Shown: one piece after another, positions 25,131-38,058 of the stretch
Numbering within the stretch: the stretch's first letter is position 1
Layout: the number at the start of each line of letters is the position of its first letter
Assembly: GCA_964016885.1 (NCBI GenBank)
Contig: OZ024743.1
Coordinates: 169,694,001 to 169,758,000 of the forward strand
Reading direction: 5' to 3'
DNA length: 64,000 bases
DNA from: Eledone cirrhosa
Taxonomy: Eukaryota
The notes under the pieces: generated by a model
Told to the model about the DNA's origin: nothing
Database searches by the model: none
What the model saw: only the letters and a program-made list of their open reading frames with translations
Made by a program: the position numbers and the translations under genes

Positions 25131-28100
25131 GCTTTCTTTATTAATCATAAGGGTTGACACAAAGTATAACATTAAGGACAACACAGGAGAATATAGGACG
25201 GTACAAATGGGCATTTCTGCGTGTAAGAAAAACAAATACAGAGGATGTAACAAAAAAAGAAACAACGAAAAAATCCCCAATAGGAGGGGGGCTTCCGAGT
25301 GTCACTCGTGGAGGAAGCCCAAGAAAAAACCACGGTTAAACTGACCGCTAGGGAAAATTCCCTCTTCCAGTTTTCCTCCTACGATGCTACACGTATACGC
25401 TCAGGGTAGGCCCATTAACACGGGCCATTCTTGCCTCTCTCACCCACTTTTCAACAAACTGGCTGGAAAGCAGCACTTCCCTCTACACCCTGATTTTCCT
25501 TTTCAGGTAAAACCTGAAAAAGTTAATGAGGGCGTCACCGAAGAGGAAAGTACCCGTCTTCAACCCTTTCAGACGCGTCTTTTAACATGCAATCTCTTTT
25601 ACCATGGCCACCAGGCAGGAAAAAAAATTCATGCCCTTCCTGGCTAAAGAAAGGCGGCGGGGCAATCCTCACGATGGACTCAGCTGATAGCCGGATCCGT
25701 CCAACCCGCGACAGCAGGTGTTCGACATAATCCCACAAGTCAGAAATGGTCGGAAACTGGTCAAGTGCGTGCAGGACGGTTTCGTCGCCCTGCGCGCATC
25801 TCGGACAGGTGCGGCTGACGGCATCTCCATGCCTGTAGAGTTTATCCGGAACTGGCAAAGCTCCTCGGTAGCACTGCCAGGACAGGGATTTCTGGAAGTT
25901 GTCCATGAGCTCCGGCCAGAAAATTCTCCTGAAGAGATTGGCTAGTTGATTTTCGTGGGCGCCCAGAGTCGTCGCCCTTTCCTTCCACTAACCCTCTATA
26001 GAACGCCAATGTGGAGTTTCCACCGATCGCATTGCCCGACTGGACGAGGGCTGTAAGCGCCTAAAGACGTTCCAGTCTCCAATCACTCCCTCTTGGTCTT
26101 AGCTTGACCCATGACTGTAGCTCCGTCAAGGAGACGAGCTGGGGAAACACGCGTCTAGCAAACGGCGACCACACCTGATCACCATCGTGGAAGAGGTGGA
26201 GATGCCGTAGCATCAGCGCATCATCAGCCACGGCATGCCCATCCCTGCGCGTAGTGGGTGTTGACAGCACATGGACCGCCTGACCATCGGAGCACGTCCC
26301 TTCCACAAAAAGCAAAAGAGTAAACGCTCCAGCGCAGTCAGGCGAGGCTTAGAAGAAGGCACGACGGTCAGGCGGTAGTAGATGACGGACGCAATTTACA
26401 CATTCGCCACCTCCGCTCGACCTTTCAGAGATAGCTTCCTCTCAGCCCATTTCTAGGTGAGAGAGACCACCCTGCTCGTCACCTTTTCGTCCGTCTGGAG
26501 GTCCGGCCCGAACCAGACCCCTAGCAATTTAACCGGTCCGTCCGTCCAGCGCCCCACGTCGCTGTTGGACGGTATGGACCTGGCTCTCCAGGTGCCGAGT
26601 TGCAGGCCCACCGACTTTTCCTGTTTTATCATTGCTCCTGTCACCACTTCGTATTCTCTTAGTGTGGTAACGATCGCCTCGATGTGTTTGGCGTTCGACA
26701 CCACTAAGGTGACGTCGTCAGCATATGCTGACACGGTTCTTCCGCATCCCAGTTCGCGCGGGACCCCCCTCAACGTCTCCAGTTTGTGCAGTAATGGCTC
26801 GAAAGTCAATACATACAACAGGAACGAGAGGGGTCATCCTTGGCCACCGAGCGCATGATGTTGAACAGTTACGAAAGGTGACCACAGAGCAGATGTCACT
26901 GTGCATGACAGCGATCCAGCCTCTGAAGACAAGCCCAAATCCAGCCGCCCTCAGGACTGCCGCCAGATAACGATGGACGACCCTATCGAAAGATTTCGAC
27001 TGATCTAAATAGATCAAGGACCGACCCGTGCCAGGTTCTTTATCTACCCTCTCCACGATGTATCGCATGAGGTGGAGGTTGTCGTGGATGTATCTGTCTG
27101 GAATGGCGCATGTCTGCGCCTCTCCCACCAGACCACCAACAACAAACGCCAAACTCTTTGCTAGCACCTTGGCCAAAATTTTGAACTCTGTGTTTAGCAG
27201 AGTTATGGGCCTGAAATTATCTATGTTATCCCCCTCTTTCAGATCCTTTCTCAGCAGCGCCACCGCTCTGCGGCTCACAGAGCTAGGAATTCTCTCGTTC
27301 TGCTGCCAATTGCATTAGACGTCCATTAAGAGGCCCCCGAACAAGTCTGGCATATGTACGTAAATTTTGTAGGGCAGACCATCAAAACCAGGCGACTTAC
27401 CCATTATGCAGCCAGACATTGCCTCCCTACTTCAGTGGCTGTTATCGGATTTTCGCAACACTCCGACTCATTGGCCGAGGGCCGCGGTAGTATATCGAGG
27501 TAAAGTCCATCTCACGATCCGGCCAGCCGCTTCCCCCGTACAGCTGAGTGAAGTGTCGCTGAAAAGCCCTGCACATTTGGCCGGGATCGAGTAGCTTGCG
27601 CCCGTTGTGGTCCGCGGATGTTGCCGGGACGCGCCCCCGCCACTGAGGCCCATCGAACGGCTTTCGCCCCCTCGTGTCTGAGAGCACGTGCCCTAGTTCT
27701 GACAACGCGGCCTTCATGCTTTGCGTTGAAAAATTGGTCGAGGGCCAATTTCGCCGCAAGCACCTCGGTCGCGATGCCTTTACTAAGCGCCTCGTCTTAT
27801 TTTCTAACTAGTTCTCCCTCTGCTCAATTGATCTCTATTCTAACGCCTTACTAAACCTAATAGACTCTATTCTAATCGCTTTTTTCAGGGCAAACCACCA
27901 TTTGTTGTTGACGATGGCCCCATTCAACGCTCGCTGAACTAGTTTGCTAATCCGGTCTCTGTAAGCTTTGCGCGCTGTTAACGACGCGTTTAGCTTCCAT
28001 TAGTCGGGTCCTTGTTTATGAAGCCTATCTAAGTCGACCACACAGATCACGAATTTGTGGTCCATGTAGTGGTCTATCTTGAATTGTTGACAGCCTATGC

Positions 28101-29520
28101 TAGACCTATCTATTTCCCTACAAAATACCCTATCTGGATGACCCGATGCGGTTTGTCCAAGTCCACATTGGCACATTCGGGAAATCCAAACGGTATCTGT
28201 CAGGCAGTTGAAAACGTCTGAACAGGTTTGCGAGGCTTTTACACCGCCCTCCCATATCCGCTAATCCCACACAGTCCCAGCGTGCATCTAAGATCCCGTC
28301 CCAGTCGTCCACTATCACTAAAGTGCGGGACGTTCCAAGAAAAGTCTCCAGACGCCGGAAGTTGTCAGGCCGTCCTGCTCGTGTTTGGGCATAGACGGCT
28401 ACTAGCCTGAAAGCTTGCCCTTCTCCGCTAGTCATGTCCAGCACCACCAACTTACCTTCTGTGTCCAAAAAGACGGCCCGTATCTCAAGATCCAGACCTC
28501 TCCGGAATAACACAGCCGCCCTCCCCCAGATCCGGGACGGCTTGGAGATGTGTACACCTTGTAGCCGCCGAAAATGGGTGCGAATGCCCGTACCTTGGAG
28601 ATCCTGGTCTCGCTGATGGCCACCACATCTATGTTTAGCGACCTGAGGTTGTTGAGCATGTGGCCCTGCTTCCAAGACGAACACAGGCCACGTGTATTTA
28701 TGCTACCTATCCTGAGAGAAGCCATGTTGGCTAGCATAGGAGGAAAACAAGTGAGAGGGCAAAAGTAAAAAAACTTTACCTGTGGCTCTTTTTTAGGAAG
28801 GGGGTGGGTGATCCATCCCTCCGAACAGTGGCGTGTTTCTCCACGAGAATGTCTGTGAATATTCTTTTAGTGATGTTCATTCGGTAGTCTCCAATTGATG
28901 TGGGGAACATTTTTTTAATGTTATGTAATTTTTGGGGGGTGATTTTGATTATTTGTATCTGTGTGGGGGTGCAATTTTGGTGGTCTGTACGTAGTTTGTT
29001 TCTGTGATGTTCGTGAGGTGTTGTTGTAGGTGACGATGGGGTAGATGCTAATGGTGGCGGTGGTGGTGGTGGTGGTGGTGGTAATGGCGTAGGTGGTTGT
29101 GGGGATGTGGCTGTTGATGATGATGGAGGAGGTGGGATCGTTTTCATTTTATTTTTTGGGTTTCTTTCTTCCTCTTTTTTTTTGGAGGGCCAAGGTAGGG
29201 AGTTCTTCCTTTTTTTTTTGCTAGGATGGTTTTCCATCCTTCGGCTTCATCGCACTCCTTGTCCGATTTAGCAATATCGGGAAGGGGCATGATCTCCATT
29301 GGTGAAGGAGATGGTGTTTTTGTTGTTGGTGATAGTAATTTTTCTTCGGCCACTGTGGTCTTCGTTGGTTTGTCCACTCCATTCGCGGGGCACGGCATAG
29401 GGAGAAGAGGGGAGCGCGTGCTCTTCTTGGTGAGTTTGGGGCAGAAGGCCTTAAGGTATGTCATGTCAGCGCACCCATGACAGCTTGGGTGCCTACCTTC
29501 GACAGTCACGGGTAGATGGG
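25131..29520 (-). mobile_element. Tx1-like LINE copy E (ORF1 C-terminal half, ORF2, 3'UTR); 5' part lost
   Basis: ORF2 28725-25387 (MASLRIGSINTRG, YADD, CPRCAQGDETVLH). ORF1 VEGRHPSCHGC and KMFPTSIGDYR. Confidence 0.9.
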
Positions 29521-32500
29521 CCTAAAGTTGCCAACGCTCCCCGGCTCACAAAACTGGGAATGCTCCCGTTCTGCTGCCAGTTGCAGAAGATGTCTGCCAA
29601 GAGGTTACCGAACAAGTCTGGCATGTACGCATAAAGCTCGTAGGGCAGACCATCCAAACCTGGCGATTTTCCCCTCGTGCAGTCAGACATCGCTTCCCGT
29701 ATTTCACCTGCTGTTATCGGCTTTTCGCAGCACTGCGCTGCGGCCGTCGAGAGCCGCGGCAGTCCGTCGAGGTATGCATCGAAGTCCATACTCCGACCGG
29801 CCCACCGTCGCTCTCGAACAATCGAGCAAAGTGCTGTTAAAAAGCCGCACACATCTGCTCGGTTTAGAGCAACATGCTCCCGTTTTAATCGGGCAAAAAC
29901 CGAATTGTGGATTTGTTGCCACGTCGCGCCTTCACCACTCGGGCCCATTGAACGGCTTTCACCCCCTCGTGTCTCAGAACATGCGCCCTAGCTCTGACAA
30001 CGTAAATTTAATGCTTTGCGTTGTAGAATTGGTCGAGTGCCAATCTCACCGCAAGCACGTCGGTTGCGATGCCTTTACTAAACGTCTCTTCTATCTTTCT
30101 AACCAACTCTCCCTCTACTCTATTTTCTTCTATCACTACTCCTTTGCTAAACCTTATCGATTCTACTCTCATTGCCCTTTTCAGTGTAGACCACCACCTG
30201 TTGTTGACGATCGCACTCGTCAACGCACGCTTAAATAATTCGCTGATCCGGTCTCTGTAACATTTGCGCGACGGGAACGACGCGTTCAGCTTCCAGTAAC
30301 CGGGCGGATGTCTATCTAAGTCAACTTCACAGATCACAAATTTGTGGTCTGTGTAGTCGACTACTTTAAATTGTGGACAACCTACACTAGCCTTATCTGT
30401 TTCCCTACAGAATGCCCTATCTAAATACGATCTGGATGACCCGATGCGGTTTGCCCATGTCTACATTCGCACATTCGGATAATCCAGTCTCTACCTGTCA
30501 GACAGTTCAAAACATCTGAGCAGGTTGTTGAGGCTTTTACACCCTCCTCCTCTGTCTACTAGCCCCACATAATCCCAGCGTGCATCTAAGATACCATTCC
30601 AATCGCCCACTAACACTAAAGAACGGGACGTTCCAAGAAAGCTTTCTAGACGTCTGAAGAAATTTGGCCGTCCTGCCCCTGTTGGGGCGTAGACGGCTAC
30701 TAGCCTGAAAGCATTGTCTTCGCTGCCGGTCACGTCCAGCACCACCGACTTACATTCTGGGTCCAGGAAGATGGTCCGTTTGGCGAGATCCAAGCCTCTT
30801 CGAAAAAGCACAGCCATTCCGCCCCCGCTCCCGGATGGCTGGGAGATGCGTATACATCGTAGCTGCCGAAGATCGGTGCGAAGGCTCGTGATTAGGAGAT
30901 TCTTGTCTCGCTGATGGCCACCATATCTATGTTTAGTGACCTGAAGTCGTTTCGCAGGTGGCCCTGCTTCCAAGATGATCCCAGGCCACGTACATTTATA
31001 CTACCTATTCTAAGTACGGCCATGCTGGGTGAGGAACGGGGTTAGTGAGAAAGGATCACAACTTTGATCGTGTGGGGGAGGGACAGTACAACCGTCCCTT
31101 CGGCTGGTCATGGGTGTCTCCAAGATGACATCTGTGTATATTCTTTTGGAGAGTGACCCCCTGAAAACCCCAACTGAGTTGGGGAATTTTTGTTTTAACC
31201 GTTTATAATCTTCAACTTTAATTTCGACAATGTTAATATTTTTTGGTAATATTCTTGGTGTTGGTGGGGTGTGGTAATTTATGATTGTCATGTCTGTGTG
31301 CTGCTCTATCTGTTCTATTAATTGTTTGTTTGCGATGTTTATGGGCGTGAAATTTTTTTTGGGGTGTGTGGGGTTGTTGCTGTTTTCTTGTTGCTGTTGT
31401 GTGTGTGTGTTGTTATGTTTGCGATGTTGGTGTTTGTGGTGATGCTGGTGGTGGTGTGGTTGTTGTTGGTGGTGATGCTCGTGGTGGTGATGGTGGTGGT
31501 GTTGCTGCATGTCGCCTTGCGGCTTTTACCGCTCTTTCTTTGCCCTCGCTTTTGGAGGACAAAGCTGCGTTGTTTTTGAGTTTGTATTTCTCTTTCAAAC
31601 CGTTTTCCACTCCTCAGACGCCTCATACTCCATATCTGACTGTGAAAGGTCGGGGAGGGGTATGAGTTTTACCCTCTCATGTGTCATTGTTGTTGTCTCT
31701 TTTTTTTCTTTCTTTCTTCTTACCGCAGGCGCCTGAGGATTACCATCAGTAGCGCTAGACTGGCGTGTGGGAGACGCACGAGTTCATCCATGCTGGAGCC
31801 GAGTTGGTGGTGATAACAATCCACCATCAAGGCCGGACATCTCATTCAAAGATGCTCGGAGGATTCTTCTTCCTCTCCGCACAGACGGCATGTGTTGATT
31901 TCCGCTTGGCCGATCATATGGAGCCATCTCCTTAATGACGTGTGGAAGCGGACGAGATGGTTCCTATCTGCTTTGGAGAGAGTTTGCTCATTCTCTTCAT
32001 TTGGGTGGCGGTTAAAGACTGATTGTAGACGTTGATGCTGGATCGGTGGTGGGCGAAATTCCTGGCGAATGACGGCGAGTTGAGTGGCGGCATCGATTGA
32101 ACTTTCCAGTTGAGTAGATGCTGAGCCTTGTTTCGCCTGGGCGTCCGCCAGTTCATTCCCTTTGATGTTGCAGTGCCCCGGGACCCAGACGTCTGCTAAG
32201 GTTCTCCCCTTTGTGATTTTGTTAGCGATCCCTTGCAGCTCGGTAATGAAAGGGTCATGGGGAAGAGATTGTTGACTGCTTGAACCAGCGACTTGCAGTC
32301 ACAGATGACATTGGAGGACTCCCAGCTGGTGTCTGCCTGTAAACATAGAAGGGCTTGTTTGAATGCAATTCTTTCGGAATGAAAAGAACTGCTATGAGCG
32401 CCCGTGGGAGAGTGCCACTCGTGAACTACCTCTTCATTTTAGATGATTACGAGACCGGCACCACCATTGGTTGTACCGTCGTATGTTGATCCATCTGTAT

Positions 32501-35500
32501 ACACGCAAATGTCGACCGGGTGGAGTGTCGATAGATAATCCAGTGCCACTTTAAGTTGTAGTGCTACTGGCATTGATTTGCTCACCGGGGTAAATGTAAC
32601 AGGGATTGGTGGTGGTAATTCCCACGGCGGCTTCTTATGTGGTAGTTGGGTGTCTGTTGTCGAGGGTATGCCAAGACGATCAAGGGCTGGCAGCTGTCTA
32701 CATCGCCAATCAAGATGGCGGAGTCGACGCCTTACGTTAGCATCGAGTAATTGGTTTTGATGATGACGGTGGTGGGGAGGTGTGCCCATTCATCCGCTTT
32801 CAAGAGGGAGAGAGCAACTGTGGAAGGTGTGCTTCAATTAGGACAGCCTCAGTTAGTGTTGTGCGTACATGTCCAGTGATCGCTCGAGCTGCTTCTAGTT
32901 GTGTTCTTTCAAGCTTGCTGACAACCAGGGAGCCCAGCCTGGGGAGCCGTACTCGGCCAGACTGCGGTGCATTGCGATGTATACTTGGCGAAGATCTGCG
33001 GTATGCCAGCCCCAGGAAGTACTCCCAAGGGTGCGCAGGATGTTGACGTGCTGTTGAAGTTTTTGGCAGATCTTTTTAACATGTTCCCCAAGGGAGAGTG
33101 TCCTATCATATGTGACGCCCAAAAAGACGGGATTAGGGTTAAAGGATAGTCTTACCCCGTCAATAGTAATATTTGGTTGCCGCCTCGCTTCTGCACTGGA
33201 TGTTCCAAAGAAGGTTGACTCTCATTTTGATGTGTTAAGTGGGAGTTTAACTTCTTTACTCCATGCTATCACTTTATCCACTTCCTTTTGTAACCGTTAC
33301 GCTATTTCCTCCTTTTTCTTACCGCAGCACGTGATAGCAAGATCATCGGCGTGTGCGCTGACATGTGTTATGTTGTCGAATTGATCGAGTAGACGATTTA
33401 CGAAGATTGTGAAAATCATTGGTGAAAGGACAGAACCTTGCGGTAGCCCTTCTTCATTAATTCGGACTCTTGCTATACGGTTTGTAAACCAGGCGGATAA
33501 CCACTCGACGAAACGCAAGGGAAAGCCAAGCCTCATCATATCTTGCAGAAGTCTTGTTCTCTACACACGATCATAATCGCGGCTAAAATCGAAGAATATA
33601 GCAACGATGCGGTTTCGATCCAACGACTGGGAACCCATCTGAAATGAACTGGGACAATCGGAGGCACTGATCTGTGGTGCTGCGGCCCTTTCTGAAACCA
33701 GCTTGCCAGGGACTAAGAATGGAGTGTTCCTCTAGCCACCAAGTTAACCGGTTCGCAATAAAACGCTCTAAGAGCCTCCCTATCGTTGAGGTTAGCGCAA
33801 TTGGTTGATAACTCCTCACGTCCGCCGGATCTTTCCCTTTTTTATGAAAGGGAACGATAGTCGCCATTCGCCAACCTTGTGGGCACCAATTCTCCAACCA
33901 GCTGAAATTTAGTAGGTCTAACAATGTTTTTAAGGCCGTTGGTGGTAGGTGTTTGAGGAGATCTGGTGCTATCTGGTCGGGACCAGCCGCTTTCTCGGCT
34001 TTTATTTGGTTCAATGCTTTCGTCGACAGTGAAGGCTGCTTCAATCTTATGTCTTGGTTAGTTTCGAGCACCCTGGATGTTGAGTCGTAAACCCCGTACA
34101 TCTTTTCTAGTGTTTTTATCTGGCTTTCTTCCGCTAACTGCGGCATACTCTTGAATGAAAGCTGCAGCCTTCGATCGGTCGCTAGCATGAGTCGCCCCTT
34201 TGTATAGTATGGACTTGCTGTTGTTTGCGCAGCCTTTTCCTGACAACAATCGAACTACTGACCAGGCTCTTTTACTATCTTTCGTCTCGGATATCGTCTG
34301 TAGGTGTTTCCTCCAGGCCTCCCTCTTTCACTCATCTGTTTTTCTAACCACCCCGCTTGAGGTCTCCAACCACTTTTTGCAGCTGAGACGATTGCGTTTT
34401 TGATCAGACATTTTAGCTCCATTGTCATCCATGGGCATTCATTCTTACGGATGGCCTTCAGGGGAACTGCCACGGCTTCTGCCCTTTTATGGAGTGTGAG
34501 AATAGCTGACAATTTACTTGAGGAGAAGCCTTCATCGGAGACTTTGTTAATTCCCTCTTCAACAAATTCCCGGAATTTTGGCCAGTCTGCTTTTTGATAG
34601 TTTCTCCGTGGTTTCTGTCGTGGTCGTTCTACTTGAAGATCGACACCCCAGTGGATAACGATTGGAAGATGATCTGAGCCGAGTCGTTGTATACCATGAG
34701 AATTTGTTGACTGAGTCTAGATCTACTATTGTAAGATCTGGTACACTTATTCCTGTTCCCTGTTGGTATCTCGCGGCTCGCGTCGGAGTCCCATTATTTA
34801 GAATGGATTTGGAGTTGTCTTCAAGCCAGTTGATGATATCTGAACCGCGGGTATGAGCTTTTGCAAACTGGTCCCACGTCGAATGGTGAGCATTGAGATC
34901 TCCGTAGATAATTCCTCGTTCGTTTGATAGATTGTTGATCCAGACGTTGTTATTCGACGGCTGTTGGGCATAGCCAGATTTCTGCGGGGGCAGGTAGGCA
35001 TTTGTGACGGAAAACTGACGTCTACTGGTTAGGTGGATGACAATCCGTTGTTGTTCCAGGGGGCTTGTGTTCACACGTGGTGGTACCGAGTACTGTATGC
35101 CCTGCCGGATGTAGATCATCAGTCCACCGCCACGGTGGTGTAATGTACCGCTGCCTTCCCGGTCCTAGCGAGTTGCGTCATAGCCGTCAATTGTAGGGGT
35201 TGGATCTTCATGCTCCAATTTGGTTTCTTGGATAGTTGCAACGTCTATATTGTGTTTTAATACGAACTCTTTTAATTCTATTATCTTGGATGGAAGGAAA
35301 TCTGCATTCCATTGTAAAAATTGGAGCTTACGTACAGTCGTTCTTGGCATGTTTGTACGTACTGTCGTAGGTGCTGTCTGATCTAGGGTGGTTGGGGGAT
35401 GGCATTGAGCGCAAGTGCTGCATGTCCATTCGTCGTGTTGTCGTAGCCGCTCTAATGCATATCATATTTCAGGTGCGCACTTGAGATGGAATGTGCGGTG

Positions 35501-36201
35501 ACAAGTTTTGCATATAAGCGATTTTTTTTAGTGAGTTAGACGACGTTTACAAGTAGGACAGTCGGTGTTAATGGGTGCAGCGACTTGTGGGACTTGGGTG
35601 GAGTTGGATGAGTTTACAACAGATGTATTATGTACATGGGGGATGGTAATATTCGATGTGTTGTGGGCTAAAATTACATTATCGTTAGTGGGGGGGGGGT
35701 CATTGCTGGTGATAACAAGATATTATGTGGTCAATGGGCTGGTCTCACAGACTGTGCTTGGTTGTGGAGGGTTGTAAAAGTATGTTGGCGGGTTGCTGGG
35801 GGCATGCTAGGCGCTATTGAGTCCTGCGGATGTTGAGATGGGTGTACAATAGGTGGTTGGGGAGATGAAGGTGTTGTGACTGTATAGGTTGAGCATTGCC
35901 ATATGGGGAAAGTGTTATATCGAGAAATACCAGTGCATTTTCTATGCGCAATGTTTGAGCATGATTGACGTTTGCGGATCTTTCCTTGGCATAGGTGGCA
36001 TCGGAGATTTTGATCACTTGCTGGCGATATAAGCGTTGGCACGACGGCTGTTTCCCGTCAGAAACTGCAGACGAAGCTTTGATGACTCTTCTGTTGAACT
36101 CGAGTCAAGCCGCTACATTTCCTGTGGAAATCGCGTCGGCAGGCCGTGCAGATGAATGGTGCGAAGTCTCGGCGAATCATCTTGGCACACCCTGGGCAGA
36201 T

Positions 36202-36249
36202 GGGTCCGGGGTTGATCTGGATGTCGACCACCAGGAGGAGGATTAGCCG
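36202..36249 (-). other. 2A-like (StopGo) peptide motif, degenerate
   Basis: Minus-strand frame RLILLLVVDIQINPGP, immediately followed in frame by the first PHD finger. Consensus is (G)D(V/I)ExNPGP. Confidence 0.75.
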
Positions 36250-36325
36250 GAGTTACAGGGCGGGAGTTGCACCCTCGGTTATAGAAAAACGGTGCGTCTC
36301 CCATGACGCAGTCTTGGTAGGATAT

Positions 36326-36404
36326 GGTCCGAGTTCGTAAGTCGCCTGAAGACGACCCAATACAGCACACCTCTGGAAGGTCTCTGTCCATATAAACGTG
36401 CTGA
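36326..36404 (-). ncRNA. HDV-like self-cleaving ribozyme (degenerate) at the 5' end of the Ingi-like element
   Basis: Manual fold: P1 CAGCAC/GUGCUG; P2 GGACAGAG/CUCGGACC (6 of 8 pairs); P3 ACC/GGU; L3 UUCCAGA; P4 UGGGUCGUC-UUCA-GGCGACUUA; J4/2 CGAA. Confidence 0.7.
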
Positions 36405-38058
36405 CTGCTGTTTCTGCCGCCACTGTCACCACAGGTGTTATTGTCAATACCACCGCCGCTGTTGTTACCTGCATCAGCAGTTGTTGTTGTTGTTGTTGGT
36501 GGAGCCTTGTCTGCCGTTCTTGGCAGAGGTGCAGCTAGTGCAACCGTTTCTGTTGCTGCAGTTGCCGCCGCTTTTTTGTTGTCCGTGACTTTGGTGTTGG
36601 TGCCACGGACGTTGTCCTCCTACTCTCTGTAGATGCTCCCGACCTTTTCGCTGACTGCTCTGTTTCTGATGGCAGCGGTTCCGGCATTGGAAGGAGGGGG
36701 GGCCTTCACCTTTGTTATCTTCTGTGGGCAGAAGGCGCTGAGGTGAGACTTCAATCCACAGTTGAAGCACTTTGGGTGCCTTCCATCCACAGATATGGGA
36801 AGTTGGGAGCCATTCCCGATGTCTATTACGTCGGGAATAGCACTGATACAGTCCTGGTCGGTTTGGATAAGCATCTCCATTCCAATACCGGACCAGTCCT
36901 CTCTCTCCAACTTCTGTACCTGCAGAATGGTTATTCTATCCTCGATGCCCACAAGAACAGACACAATCCAAGGCACGGGTACGTAGGGCGGGACCTGGGT
37001 TACCCTAACCTTTTCAATTTTTTTCCCAGAGTAAAACGGGACTGACGTTATGTAATCACTCCGTAGGGTCCTCAGTGAGTGCGATTTTTCTTCCTGGGTG
37101 GTAGCAAAAAGGACGTCCACGGTAGCATATTTCTTGCCACGGGTGATGTGGGTTTTCCGTACCCACACAGTTCCCAAGACCTTCTGGATTTGGGCCTCCG
37201 TGGTTCTCTCCACACGACACGATTTCGTGCAATTGTGCGGTATGACACTGTGCGTCGCTCTTGTTCCTCCAGGAAGTCGGTTGGTGGTTTCAAGGACACT
37301 GAAAATTTAGTTCTGGTTACCATGTGTCTTGCGACCGCCATCTCCTTCTATGTGACCAGGACTGTTTCTACGTTGCGAGCCACCTTAGCAAAAGAGATGG
37401 TCCCTTTTTCAGTGGCATCATTGTTGCCGCAGATACTGCTGTTACTGGTCTTGTTGTTGGTGCTGTTTCTGTTGCTACTGCTACAAACGGTGTTGTTGGT
37501 GTTGTTGCTGTTATCACTGTTGCAGTTGGTTGTAATTTGGTGCCGCCGTTGTTGTTATTCTCGGTGCAATTTGTATTGTTGTTGTTGGTGTTATCGCTAT
37601 TAATTTTTTTGTTAGTGGTGTTAATTTCGTTGTTGCATTTGTTGTCATTATTTGTTGTCTGTATTTTGGTTGTCGCTGTTACCGTGTGGTCATTTTTTTT
37701 AAAGTTAGTGTTCTCAGTGTTGTTGTCATTGCTGCCTTTGTTCAGGATGTTTGCGGTGGTGTTTGTTGTATCAATTTCTGTGTTCGCCATAACCCTCCTC
37801 TCAACGTTTACGCCACTGTCACACGACAGCAGGCATATCGCTGGAGGGCGTGGCTCAGCCATGTTTTTTTAATAATTTTTTAATTTAAAAAGTTCAAATA
37901 TTTGGGCCAAAAGACCCAAATATTATACTTTCCCCTTCACAGGGCAAAGTCCAACGGCTTATGTCTCTTACACGACAACAAAAATTTACAATAAATGATT
38001 TATGACAGGTAAATAAAGAGACTTACGGGAGCGAGCTAAAAGACGTCCGATCAGACAG

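Larger units (their letters stand above)
31698..36404 (-). mobile_element. Ingi-like (I superfamily) LINE, apparently full length, decayed
   Basis: 5' HDV-like fold, 2A-like DIQINPGP, three PHD-like fingers. APE LQWNAD/IQETKL/GDLNAHH/PDLT. RT KAAGPDQI, QAGFRKGRSTTDQ, GLPQGSVLSP, HADD. RNase H VYTDGS and WVPGHCNIKGNELAD. A/G-rich tail. Confidence 0.88.
29516..38058 (-). mobile_element. Tx1-like LINE copy F (same family as D); 3' half of ORF2 lost; ORF1 interrupted by an Ingi-like element
   Basis: 5'UTR homologous to D. ORF1 ATG 37862 (MAEPRP, CFNCGLKSHLSAFC). ORF2 ATG 31023 (MAVLRIG), running to KSPGLDG/NWQQNG at ~29520. Confidence 0.88.

Noticed and set aside
28723-28785. Micro-intron producing an in-frame ORF1-ORF2 fusion
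   Set aside because: Splicing at the obvious sites leaves the ORF2 AUG out of frame, and copies B and G have no acceptor AG.
31685-36416. TSD of the Ingi-like insertion (TTGTTGTCTCT vs CTGCTGTTTCT)
   Set aside because: Only 8 of 11 identical in low-complexity sequence; not convincing.
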